Positions 12,201 through 25,260 of a stretch of DNA of 64,000 bases are shown here, in pieces. Below the pieces are notes generated by a model. It searched no databases and had not been told where the DNA came from. It was given only the letters and a program-made list of their open reading frames with translations. Numbering within the stretch: position 1 is the first letter of the stretch; each line of letters starts with the position of its first letter. Origin of the DNA: Camelus dromedarius (lineage: Eukaryota); the NCBI RefSeq assembly GCF_036321535.1, contig NC_087436.1, positions 59,460,001 to 59,524,000 on the forward strand, written 5' to 3'. The position numbers and the translations under genes were made by a program.

Positions 12201-15046
12201 AGCTCATCACTCCACTTTCCGCTCTCTAAATTAACTCAAAATCTGACTCACTCTTCTATCCTCAACTATAATGCTCTCCCCAATGCAACATCTTATTTGA
12301 CCCTTGGGATTAGAACCAAACATTTCTTGTTTATCGTTTTCATCTCCAAAATGAGTCACTCACGTTTTACCTTCCCAATCATATGATGCTCGCGTCTAGT
12401 AACAACCCCAGTTAGACCACTAAAGTATGAATTACTTTTGTTTGGTGGGAGAGGCTTCAGGTGAGCCTGAAGAAAATTCAAGAAGTGACAGATATAAACG
12501 TCAATACTTTATCTATTTATCTTTGTAAAATGTGCAAATTAATTTTTTTTAAGTTGGAAGAGCGAATAGAATTGAGTATAAGAGCCTCACGAAATGAGGG
12601 ACAGTCTAATATTTACACTAATATTACAAAAGGATGTCACGGATTTGGATGTTTTTGTTGTGAGCCCTGCAGAGAGGGATTAGAGAGACTAAAACTGAAG
12701 GAAATAATTGAGGAGGAAACATGTAAGACTGGATCAAAGCAGATTTTACTGGAAGAGCAGCATTCTCACAGGAGAGCCCATTGGTTTCACGTGGGAGACC
12801 AGCCACAGGACTAACAGGATTAAACTCAACACTTAGATTCTTGGGCATCTGCCATAAATATTTTATTGGGGCACTTTTCAAAAGGGCTAAGGGTCCAGGA
12901 GTGTTGTAAGTGCAATGGGAATTTGAGCATTTATGTTAATGTGACCTTATATGTGCCCAAAAGCAATATGATTTTTGACATCTGAGGTGCATCAATATTC
13001 CATTGCATCCATAGCAATACCTTAGATCTAGTGAGGGTGCAAGAACTATTCGCTTGATTGAATTAAACATCTGGTTCTAATACATTTGTGTAATTCTTTG
13101 ATTAACCATGACCAGTCGGTACATACTTGATCATTACCCAGGAGACAGAACTACCCTGAGCTGGGAAATACTTTATTAGATTCAAAATAATTTTACAAAA
13201 TAAATACAACTGGGTAATGCTTAGTAGAACTGAAAGTTTTCTTTTCAGCTGCAGAATGTATAAAGGATAGTAAAGGCAGTAAAAGAAGCAGCAAGGGCAT
13301 TCAAAATCTCCAAATTGTAGAATTTTTTAAAAAAATCACCACACTGCAAATGCAAATTTGTGCCTGCAACACTTTGCTGTCAAAAGAAATTGATCTCTGT
13401 GTGAATGATAATACTTAAGCTCATGGCCTTTCTGAGGAAATGCACCTGCAGCAGAATGACAAACGAGGGGAGGCTGATTATTTGGCACATGGTCAGTACA
13501 GTTACAGGAACCTGCTTCAAAAGAGGAGGAGCACAGTCTCCTGAACAGTCAAGCTGATTAAATTCAGATTTTTCAGGATCCCTCAGTTCTCTCTCATATA
13601 TTGCCTGGACTTATTTTATCCATATGGTGCCCTTGGTAACTTGAGAGAGGCATCATGAGGATTTGTGGATTATTTGCAGATTCAAATTTGAAAGCACCAT
13701 GCTTTTTGGCCGAGCACCTGTCTCTGACTGTACTTTGTGTAAGAGGACACATGGTTCAGCTTGTTGCTACCCAGGGGAAGACAGCAGAAGCAGGGTCTGA
13801 GTCAATTACAAAGAACTCTTGTCAAACTGAGGATAAATGATCTTTGTCCTAAAGCATCTTCCTAGACATGCTTGCTTTCATGACTCTATTCTCCTGAATG
13901 ACAACAAAAATACATCCTGAAAAACCTACCTTGTCTAGGTTTTTTTTGCATCCAGCCACTGTATCTTCAATCTTAGATTAATCTTTTTACTTTATTACCA
14001 TCCATACTTGTGTTGAGTACTCTGCTATGAAGTACATAGTGCTACATGGTTAGTAAACAGAGACAGCACAGCTGATAATCTCATAACCGTGACAAAATAG
14101 TTCTTATCTCCATTGTCTGCCAGTCTTCAATAGCATTCATATAAAACATCCATTCTCATCCTGTCTATTCTATAACTGAATATGTGAAACTTTGAAAGTA
14201 CCATATCATTCTAAATTATGACTATTTCCTAATAAATAAAATAGCACATATTTTATTCTAGGGCCACATAAATTTCACATTTGAAATTATCACTTACTTT
14301 CCTTCTATGATTATTTAAGCTACTTTATAATATTAAGCCACTGAAATGTTTTTGCTAATGTGAAACTGACAAATGTTTAGAAATTTTCATTATTGTAAAG
14401 TATAAAAACACAAATATGAGTGTATATTACATTTACACATAAAGAACTAGGAAAATATGTGAAAGAAAAAATACTGAAAGATGGACAGTGTGTTGGAGTT
14501 ATGGTATGTTTCTCCTAAATTTCCCCTTCTAAGTGTTCTTGTGTAAATAAACAAGGGAAATAGAAAACAGCCTCCTAATCGTTGGAGGGTTAACAGTGGT
14601 ATCTTTGGATGTTGAATTTTATGGATTTATTTTATACATTTTGTTTATACCTATTACCTATACTTATGACAGTGAATTTGCATTACCTTATTAGGAAAAA
14701 GTATTTTAAAAACATTACATATGGAAAATTTACTTTTAGATAGAAATTATCTATAGATCTCACTATAATCTATCCATAGTTTTTTTCTCCCATTATAGAA
14801 ATAAATGGATAGATAGGTATCAAGTGCCTGTATATTGGAATACACTTTCAGTCTATTCATTATCTAAAATATCCATGAAAGCGACTTTTGTTTTTTATTT
14901 TTAAGGAGAAGCTACATTCAATATATTCTGGGCTTAAACTCAGACTTTTATTAGGCCTCTTGTGATTTATTGCGGGTCTGAATTTGAAATGTTTTAACAG
15001 AGCTAATTCTCACGCCTGGGTTAAGTAGACATTTTAAAAAATCTAC

Positions 15047-15281
15047 TTGGGGGTGGGAAGGGACAGACTGGGACTTCAAAATGTAGAACAAATAAACAAG
15101 ATTATACTGTATAGCACAAAGAAATATACACAAGATCTTATGGTAGCTCACAGAGAAAAACTGTGACAAAGAATACATATATGTTCATGTATCACTGAAA
15201 AATTGTGATTTACACTGGAATTTGACACAACATAAAATGATTATAACTCAATAAAAATGTTAATAAATAAATATAAGTAAT
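15047..15281 (+). mobile_element. Short lineage-specific L1 3'UTR insertion
   Basis: GGGTGGGAAGGGACAGACTGGGACTTCAAAATGTAGAAC...GGAATTTGACACAAC...CAATAAAAATGTTAA is homologous to the 3' ends of the L1s at 15.7 and 23.0 kb, but more diverged. Degenerate TSD AAAAATCTAC / AAAATTCTAC. Confidence 0.85.
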
Positions 15282-15702
15282 AAAATTCTACATAGGGATT
15301 TTTTAAAAATTTGCAATTATGTATAGAAGTTTTCATTTCTCTAGGTTAAAACTTAAAAATATATACCCATTTTCTAATTCATATTTTTTTGTCATTTTAA
15401 AATAGTTTCATTCTGGATGAATCCCCCAAGCTATGTATGCTTAACTATGCATCTGTGTGATGTAACAAATGAATTTATGAAATTTTTGTGTAAGGCGTTT
15501 TAACTCTAAGTGTTTTTTGTAAAGGCACTAGGGAAGCTAGACAGGTAAGAAATAGATTGTAAAGTAAAAGATCCTCTTGTGAAGCAAATACTCTTAAACA
15601 TGCTTTACAAACATGAATGTTCATATACAATATATTTTCAACTCAGGGTACACATGGATCTCTAATGCTGTATAAATTATACTATTTACTATAGGAATTC
15701 TT

Positions 15703-18700
15703 TTTTTTTAACATTTTTTATTGATTTATAATCATTTTACAATGTTGTGTCAAATTCCAGTGTTGAGCACAATTTTTCAGTCATACATGGACATATACAC
15801 ACTCATTGTCACATTTTTTTCTCTGTGAGTTATCATAACATTTTGTGTATATTTCCCTGAGCTATACAGTGTAATCTTGTTTATCTATTCTACAGTTTTG
15901 AAATCCCAGTCTATCCCTTCCCACCCTCCACCCCCCCTGGCAACCACAAGTCTGTATTCTCTGTCTGTCTTATTTCTGTCCTGTATTTATGCTTTGTTTT
16001 TGTTTGTTTGTTTTTGTTTTTATTTTTGTTTTTTAGATTCCACATATGAGTGATCTCATATGGTATTTTTCTTTCTCTTTCTGGCTTACTTCACTTAGAA
16101 TGACATTCTCCAGGAGCATCTATGTTGCTGCAAATGGCGTTATGTTGTCGGTTTTTATGGCTGAGTAGTATTCCATTGTATAAATATACCACCTCTTCTT
16201 TATCCAGTCACCTGTTGATGGACATTTAGGCTGTTTCCATGTTTTGGCTATTGTAAATAGTGCTGCTATGAACATTGGGGTGCAGGTGTCATCCTGAAGT
16301 AGGGTTCCTTCTGGATACAAGCCCAGGAGTGGGATTCATGGGTCATATGGTAAGTCTATGCCTAGTCTTTTGAGGAATCTCCACACTGTTTTCCATAGTG
16401 GCTGCACCAAACTGCATTCCCACCAGCAGTGTAGGAGGGTTCCCCTTTCTCCACAGCCTCTCCAGCATTTGTCATTTGTGGATTTTTGAATGACGGCCAT
16501 TCTGACTGGTGTGAGGTGATACCTCATTGCAGTTTTGATTTGCATTTCTCTGATAATTAGTGATATTGAGCATTTTTTCATGTGCTTTTTGATCATTTGT
16601 ATGTCTTCCTTGGAGAATTGCTTGTTTAAGTCTTCTGCCCATTTTTGGATTGGGTTGTTTATTTTTTTCTTGTTGAGTCGTATGAGCTGCTTATATTTTC
16701 TGGAGATCAAGCCTTTGTCGGTTTCACTTGCAAAAATTTTCTCCCATTCCGTATGGTTTTCTTCTTGTTTTACTTCTGGTTTCCTTTGCTGTGCAGAAGC
16801 TTGTAAGTTTCATTAGGTCCCATTTGTTTATTCTTGCTTTTATTTCTTCTAGGAGAAAATTTTTGAAATGTATGTCAGATAATGTTTTGCCTATGTTTTC
16901 CTCTAGGAGGTTTATTGTATCTTGTCTTATGTTTAAGTCTTTAATCCATTTTGAGTTGATTTTTGTATATGGTGTAAGGGAGTGTTCTAGCTTCATTGTT
17001 TTACATGCTGCTGTCCAGTTTTCCCAACACCATTTGCTGAAGAGACTGTCTTTATTCCATTGTATATTCTTGCCTCCTTTGTCGAAGATGAGTTGACCAA
17101 AAGTTTGTGGGTTCATTTCTGGGCTCTCTATTCTGTTCCTTTGGTCTATATGTCTGTTTGGTACCAATACCATGCTGTCTTGATGACTGTAGCTCTATAG
17201 TATTGTCTGAAGTCTGGGAGAGTTATTCTTCCAGCTTCTTTCTTTCTCTTCAGTAATGCTTTGGCAATCCTAGGTATTTGATGGTTCCATATAAATTTTA
17301 TTATGATTTGTTCTAGTTCTTTGAAATATGCCCTCGGTAATTTGATAGGGATTGCCTTAAATCTGTAGATTGCCTTGGGCAGTGTGACCATTTTAACAAT
17401 ATTGATTCTTCCAATCCAAGAGCATGGAATATCTTTCCATTTTTTAAAGTCTTCTTTAATTTCCTTCATCAATGGTTTATAGTTTTCTGTGTATAATTCT
17501 TTCACCTCCTTGGTTAGATTTATTCCCAGGTATTTTATTACTTTGGGTGCTATTTTAAAGGGGATTGTTTCTTTACTTTCTTCTTCTGTTGATTTATCGT
17601 TAGTATAAAGAAATGCAACTGATTTTTGAACGTTATTTTTGTAACCTGCTCCTTGCTGAATTCTTCAATCAGCTCTAGCAGCTTTTGTGTGGACCTTTTA
17701 GGGTTTTCTATATATAGTAACATGTCATCAGCATATAATGACACTTTTACCTCTTCTTTTCCAATTTGGATCCCTTTTATTTCTTTCTCTTGCCTGACTG
17801 CTATGGCTAGGACTTCCAGGACTATGTTGAATAGGAGTGGTGATAGTGGGCATCCTTGTCTTGTCCCAGATTTTAGTGGGAAGCTTTTGAGTTTTTCACC
17901 GTTGAGTACTATGCTGGCTGTAGGTTTGTCATATATAGCTTTTATTATGTTGAGATATGTTCCCTCTATACCCACTTTGGCGAGAGTTTTTGTCATAAAT
18001 GGGTGTTGAATTTTATCAAATGCTTTTTCTGCAACGATTGAGATGATCATGTGGTTTTTGTCCTTTCTCTTGTTGATGTGATGTATTACACATTGATTGA
18101 TTTGCGTATGTTGAACCAGCCTTGTGTCCCTGGGATGAACCCCACTTGGTCATGATGTATAATCTTTTTTATGTGTTGTTGGATTCTATTTGCTAAAATT
18201 TTGGTGAGGATTTTGGCGTCTATGTTCATCAGTGATATTGGCCTATAATTCTCTTTTTTTGTAGTGTCTTTGCCTGGTTTTGGTATCAGGGTGATGGTGG
18301 CCTCATAGAATGAGTTTGGGAGTATTCCCTCCTTTTCAATCGTCTGGAAGAGTTTGAGAAGGACTGGTATGAGTTCTTCTTTGTATGTTTGGTAGAATTC
18401 CCTGGTGAAGCCGTCCGGTCCTGGACTTTTGTTTGTAGGGAGGTTTTTAATTGCTATTTCTATTCCTTTCTAGTGATCAGATTGTTCAAGTGTTCAGATT
18501 CTTCTTGATTCAGTCTTGGTGGACAGTATGTTTCCAGAAACTCGTCCATCTCCTCTAGGTTATCCAGTTTGGTTCCATATAGTTTTTCATAATATTCTCG
18601 TATGATATTCTGTATTTCTATTTTGTTTGTTGTAATTTCTCCATTTTCCTTTCTTATTTTGCTAATTTGTGCTCTCTCTTTTTTCTTCTTTGTGAGTTTG

Positions 18701-18991
18701 GCCAGAGGTTTGTCGATTTTATTTACTTTTTCAAAAAACCAGCTTTTGGTTTGGTTGATTTTTCCTATGGTCTTGTTAATCTCTATTGTATTTAATTCCT
18801 CTCTGATCTTTATTATTTCCTTCCTTCTGCTGCTTTTTGGGGCTTTTTGTTCTTCTTTTTCTAATTCATTCAGGTGGTGGATTAAATTGTTTATTTGAGA
18901 TTGTTCTTCTTCTTTGAGGAAGGCCTGTATCGCTATAAACTTCCCTCTTAGCACTGCCTTTGCTGTGTCCCATAGGTTTTGAGTGGTTGTG
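15703..18991 (-). mobile_element. 5'-truncated LINE-1 (copy A, about 3.3 kb)
   Basis: ORF2 fragments on the minus strand, followed by a 3'UTR with AATAAA and a poly(A) tail (T run at about 15701-15709). TSD AGGAATTCTT at 15693-15702 and 18992-19001. Confidence 0.97.
16033..18991 (-). pseudogene. Disrupted L1 ORF2 (post-endonuclease region, reverse transcriptase, C-terminal Cys-rich region)
   Basis: ORF pieces: 18460-18954 (RGKFIA...SWFFEK), 17550-18050 ([32 protein letters not shown]), 17146-17505, 16724-17173, 16336-16710 ([18 protein letters not shown]) and 16120-16320. They are separated by frameshifts or stops. The endonuclease domain is absent. Confidence 0.95.
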
Positions 18992-19734
18992 AGGAATTCT
19001 TGATATGTAATGTTTCTAATACTAAAATTTTTACTACGTTTGTAGTAGAGATAATCTTAGATTTCACTGCAAAACAAGCTTCTAAATATAAATTCATTTT
19101 AATGAAAATGTATACCTGGGGAATAAATTATTACACGTTTCATGTAAAAATATAATAATTAAAATATATACTATTTATTATTTCATAACTCCTGGTGCAG
19201 TGCATTTTTTAAAAGCTATATTAATTTAAATCAAATGTATAACAAAAAAGGGTACATTTTAAAAGTATGTACTACTTTGATATATTTATTGAAATAAGCC
19301 AGGTTTAATCCTATGTAATAGTTTTAAAGTACAGAAGAAACACAATTCTAAGTTTACTTTAGAGAGAATTTAGCTCAAATTCATTATTTCCACTTGCATT
19401 TGCAACCCACATAGACTTACTTTCCAAGAAGTTTTAAAGATATGTTAACCTAACCTTGCTTTCCCCTAAAAACAAGTAGCATGTAGAAAAATAGAGTTCA
19501 AAAGAGGATAACATAATTAGGTTAAAGCATAAAAGAAGGCTGTTCTCTTGTTCAAGATATGTCAGTAAAAAAGTTGAAAATGGATCAAGCTTGGATATCA
19601 CGAAATTTAACTCTATCTAGGAAAAAGACTTTCTCTCTTGGCTCAAGATGCTTAACTTTGTCCTGATCTTCCCAACTCTGGTTATTGAGACTTAGTAAAC
19701 CAATCATGAACATCTTTGTTGATTCAGCTATTTA

Positions 19735-20100
19735 TCCTTTCATATACATTAAATACGTCTCTTCTATGTCAGAGACTGTCCTAGATGCTAAGATACAAAC
19801 ACGAAGATGACATGGTTCTGATATTCAAAGAGTTTATCAAATTGTGAAATGATAATGAATTAATCAGGTACTTTTATACATTGTAAATGTACCATAACTG
19901 AGGTAAGAAATATCCTACATTGGGAGCCCAGATGAGCAACAACCAAGTCACTCTGAATGGGACAAGAGAGATGGTGATGAGTCAAGTGTTCCTCCAAGTT
20001 AGCCAGCTGGAAAAGGTCAATGAGGGAAGAGGAAATATGAATTGCATTTTAAGCAGAGATAACAGCTGCCTGTGTAAAGACACGTAGGTATGAGGAATTA
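19735..20100 (-). mobile_element. L2 3' remnant
   Basis: CTATGTCAGAGACTGTCCTAGATGCTAAGATACAAAC...GACATGGTTCTG matches the antisense L2 3' end pattern. Confidence 0.6.
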
Positions 20101-22601
20101 TGTATTTAGGTCAGCAGGATCAATCTCATAGGGAAAATATGCATCATTAATTTTTTTAAGCTAGACATAGTTTTTAAAATAAAAGGTGCAAGGTTTATTA
20201 CACTGTTATATTTACATTGTATTTTCAGTTGCTTAGATTATCTCCCTTCTGAAGAAGATTGATTACAATATCTGACATTTTTAAGGTAGTAATATTCTAC
20301 TACAGTTTAATAACATTCAGAATGGAAAAAATACGTTAACAATTAGTATACAATGTGTGCATCAGGACAAGATGCATTAATTTTACTTTAGAGTAATATA
20401 AATATTATATTTTAGTAACATATTCTAGCAATGAAATTCACAGGAGTATGGAAAAGACAGATGCCATCATTCAAAGCAATTCTATTATTGCACTTAATCC
20501 ATGCCAATGTGTTCTGCTCACAGTGAATACAAACTCTTTATAATGGCGTATAATTAGATAAACAAAAGAGTGGACAGCAGAAAATATTGAGGCAATGCCA
20601 GCACACTAGTTTTGGGTTTAATTAAATTAGGCTGACACTATATCAATGTTAGCTCCAAAACATGGACTTTAATTTCATAAATACATAAATCCATCTCAGT
20701 TACATACACCTAATTCTAAGGTACTCTCCTTTTATAAATTGTTATAGTGACAAAATAAAACAAGTTGATTTTAACTCCATTCAACTAATACAGAAGCAAC
20801 TGTAAGGAAACAGAATCAGGGATATTGTTTGGTTATTCTAAAAGAAAGAGTCTTTATCACACAATGCATTTACTTAAAAGAAAATGAAGAGATTAGGCTA
20901 CTTGCTCCAAGTCAAGATTTACAAAACTTAGAAATATGTAGTGGGTGCCTATTCTGTGTCAGACTTCACATCAGACTCCAGGTTTCCTGACTCCACGTTA
21001 TAACATGGGACATTTAGATGCCTTAATCACTTAATTAAATAGAAAGGCAATTATCTCATTTTATATTAAATAACTTCCTCTATTTATTAGTAAAAAATAC
21101 TCATGTTGAAATTTTGATTCCTAGACAAGCATTTACCTTACAACAAAGAACTGAAGTAGTTTGGTAAATATTTTCCCAATTCTTTTATATTTTTTATCAC
21201 AAGCAATTCCATGAATGAAAAATGTTTTTAAGTTGCAGTGTCGTAATGAATCTAACTAATCAAGCTCTAAAGTGAGTAATGAGAGACTAAATGTGAAATG
21301 GTTAATGAAAAGTATGGTATTTGAAGGAAAATTCATTTGTTTATAAAATTCATGGGTATGTTCATTGGCACAGAAGTAGTAAAAGTGCTGAAATGAAATT
21401 ATACTTGCTTTTAATAAAAAGATACTATTGAATAAGCATGACTGTAGCACAATAAAGGCCCAACTATAATTTTATCCCACTGTTCCTCTAATATTTATTC
21501 AATAGAGTAGAAGTCTTCTGCCCTTTCTCAGAAGTTGGCCAGATCCCATGAATTTTCTTCTCAGATTTAGATAAAGTCATTTAAAGTAATAAAATAGCCT
21601 TGATTCAGAAGTTAAAACTGTCCATTCTAAGATGTTAATCAACACCACAGCCTTCCTTTAAGATAAGATGTGTTGTCCCACATCAGGCCTCTGTTTGGTA
21701 GCTGTGTGCTTTCAGGAGAGGAAGATGCTGTGGTCAGATTCTCATCCTTCTCATAAATGCTATTTCCTAACATAAGTCAGGGGCAGGGACACAGAAAAAT
21801 ACTATTTGTCTTTGACCTTCTTGGTAATTAGTTAAATGTACTGTTATCTCTTTGGAACAGAAGAGTAAAAAACTCTCTCAAAGGAATATGACCCATATTT
21901 ACAGTGATGGATTGTAGTTAGGAATCTTTTGAGAATCATGTTTAACTAATAGAAAACATGTTTTATATTTGCATATTATTTTTCAAGTTGTACATTACTA
22001 AGGCACCAAAATATCTGGAAAAGTCATAAACAAATTGTCAAGTTGCTGAACTATGTTATATGTTAGTCATGAATTATATACCTCCAAGGAAATGTTGACC
22101 ATTAAGCTCAATAAATGAGGGTCAGTAAATTATCTTAAGTGTGGTCGATAATTACTTCTATATCTAGGAATCTGCAAAGTTAACAGCACCCAGGTTAATA
22201 TTTAATAATAGTATCCAGGGGTCCATTAGTATTTACTATTGATTTTTTTAATCCAAATCTTAACTAATTGGGGCTTATTTGTTATAATAACTTTTAAAGA
22301 CATGCACATATTCCTGAAATAGAATTAGTCCCTTAGAATCCAAATTCTATTTCAAGAACCAAAGTGGGATATGTTTACAATACACTAAAAAGTAACTTCA
22401 AAGTCAAGTAATTTGGAGGGGAAAACAAACCACACAAGTAATTTTCTCTTCCTTCTCTCTGGAATAAGTGGGAATCTTCTGCCCAAAATGATCTTTCACA
22501 TGTAAAATGGACTGGAGTGATAAGTACTATATATATAATGAATTGTGATGAAATTAGAAATTATCTATTTGTGGATGTCAAAATAAATCAACTACCTATT
22601 A

Positions 22602-23263
22602 ATAGACTTACCATATGACCCAGGAATCCCACTCCTGGGCTTGTATCCAGAAGGAACCCTACTTCAGGATGACACCTGCACCCCAATGTTCATAGCAGCA
22701 CTATTTACAATAGCCAAAACATGGAAACAGCCTAAATGTCCATCAACAGGTGACTGGATAAAGAAGAGGTGGTATATTTATACAATGGAATACTACTCAG
22801 CCATAAAAACCGACAACATAACGCCATTTGCAGCAACATAGATGCTCCTGGAGAATGTCATTCTAAGTGAAGTAAGCCAGAAAGAGAAAGAAAAATACCA
22901 TATGAGATCACTCATATGTGGAATCTAAAAAACAAAAATAAAAACAAAAACAAAAACAAACAAACAAAAACAAAGCATAAATACAGGACAGAAATAAGAC
23001 AGACAGAGAATACAGACTTGTGGTTGCCAGGGGGGTGGAGGGTGGGAAGGGATAGACTGGGATTTCAAAACTGTAGAATAGATAAACAAGATTACACTGT
23101 ATAGCTCAGGGAAATATACACAAAATGTTATGATAACTCACAGAGAAAAAAATGTGACAATGAGTGTGTATATGTCCATGTATGACTGAAAAATTGTGCT
23201 CAACACTGGAATTTGACACAACATTGTAAAATGATTATAAATCAATAAAAAATGTTAAAAAAA
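22602..23263 (+). mobile_element. 5'-truncated LINE-1 (copy B, about 660 bp: ORF2 C-terminus and 3'UTR)
   Basis: ORF 22641-22841 is the L1 ORF2 C-terminus, followed by a 3'UTR, AATAAA and poly(A). TSD AAATCAACTACCTATT (16 bp) at 22585-22600 and 23264-23279. Confidence 0.97.
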
Positions 23264-24739
23264 AAATCAACTACCTATTTTAGGTGGGGTAGTCTTAATT
23301 TCCAAATAAGGCTCTCCAATACTTTTGAGCAGAAAGAATAATCCATATTTAATGAGTGATTAAAAAAACCTACCAGGAATACATCAAGATTATAAAAAGC
23401 TAGGAATAAAAGTAGAGCATTTTTCATTTTATTATAGCTTTAAATAAATATTAAGCAGAAACAATTATACATGTATTTTAGTTTTAACTAAAAGTAAAAA
23501 TTTGAGAACATTTCAAATTTCAAATACAGCTGCTTCTAGCAGGTAAAATATAATACAATGTATGTAATCAAACTATGTTCTATCCTATTTTTAAAAATAA
23601 AATACTTAGGGGTTGTGTTATACTTTAAAGTACAAAATGGAAAAAGTTTGATTATTCATTTGGTAACCTTTTGAACTCCTCTAGATGCTAGGTTTGTGAC
23701 CTAGAAATGAACAGCACATAGATTCTTCTTTGAAAGAACTTAGTTGTGCCCAGCAAAGTTAAAATAAATTTGTAAAAATATCTAAGTCAAGAGATTGTTT
23801 TCAAGAAGGTAATCAATGTATCTATTATAGATACTATAACCAAAATTTTCTCAATAATTAAAAGCAATTGTATTAGTAGCATAAATTATTTTTTGAAAAG
23901 TACTATCATTTTTAAAGTAAAACATTATATTTTTAAAAAATATTTTTTGGTATAAATGAACTAAAGTTAAAAAAGTAAGCACATTTATACTCAAAATCCT
24001 TATTTATGATTAGATGCCAAAATTAATGCATATTCTGAAAACCTGGGAAAGATATTTTCATTCAATTGCTAGAGATACAGCACACAATTCAAGTGAAATA
24101 TTTTTACTTTATTTATATGCTGTGTCACCTGTCTTCAAAATGGTAAAACTAATTAATAGCCATACTCTTCCATTATTAAAGGGAGAAAATATGAAACAGT
24201 TGACTCGTAGCTAAGAACTTTTTCAGCATATAGATTCTTAATGGTAAACTATGCTGGAAGTGTCAGAATTTTGACAAATCTTTTGATCTATATTAGTAGA
24301 ATTATTAACATTCAGAAATATGGACTAGGAACAAAAACAAGTCATTTTTCATTATTATTTTGCCATCATAAAACCAATCACCAAATTGGTAATAGTAGGG
24401 AAAAGGTTAGAAGAAATCATTCACATTATTGAGCTTGAGGATAATATAAACCTCCAATGGGGAGGTGGGAGAGAGAGATATTTAAAGTCCCCATAGGAGG
24501 ACAAAAGATGCTGGCAAACACTTTATATAATACATATGCAGAATTTAGTTAAGAAAGCCCAAATATTCAAATTAAAACATCAAAACACTTCTATTAAACA
24601 CCCACTTTTCTATGGCCCTTTTCTAAGTTAGAATAGGAGAGAGGCAGGGGCTGGGAGTGGGGTAGTGGGTAAGAAGAGAGAGAGACAGAGATTTATTGAA
24701 TTAGAATAGAAAAAAGAGAACAGATGTTTTTGAGGTACT

Positions 24740-25260
24740 CATTCTTTCCTCTTGAAACCCTTCCATTGATTGCTAACACCATCTTGGTTTTATTTTGTTT
24801 CTTGTTATTTTTCTCTCTCCACATCAGGTTCCTCCTCCTAATCATACAGGACATGTAAATATAGTCAAAGATCCACACCCATGGTTATCTAGCTATTTTT
24901 CTCTTAGCTTGAAGCTCTCAACTTTTCTCCTAGATTTAACTATCTCCTGCCTGAAGACGACTTCCCAGAACTGTTCTTTCTCCTGACAGATTCCTCTCAT
25001 GAACGAACTAAGCAGTGAGAATTTACACAACTACTCACTTTATGTTAAAATAAAAAGTTTAAAACTAAATTATCATCCCATATTTTAGTTTTCTTGTCAG
25101 TTCCTTACATTTGTCAGATAGTTGTTCCCATCAGACTTAAAACCTTGCAGTATCTTTGTTTCTTCTTTTAAAGTAATAATAAATTAGTATCTAAGATGTG
25201 TCAAATCATCCTTCATATTAACTCTGCCCTCACTGTCTTTCAGTTTGTCATCACCATGTT
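24740..25260 (+). mobile_element. L2 remnant
   Basis: Degraded CT-rich L2-like sequence (TTCTTTCCTCTTGAAACCCTTCC, AAAACTAAATTATCATCCC, AAAACCTTGCAGTATCTTTG). Confidence 0.45.

Noticed and set aside
16535..18898. Plus-strand ORFs of 93-127 aa (16535, 16728, 17626, 18602)
   Set aside because: Antisense shadows of L1 ORF2, a common artefact.
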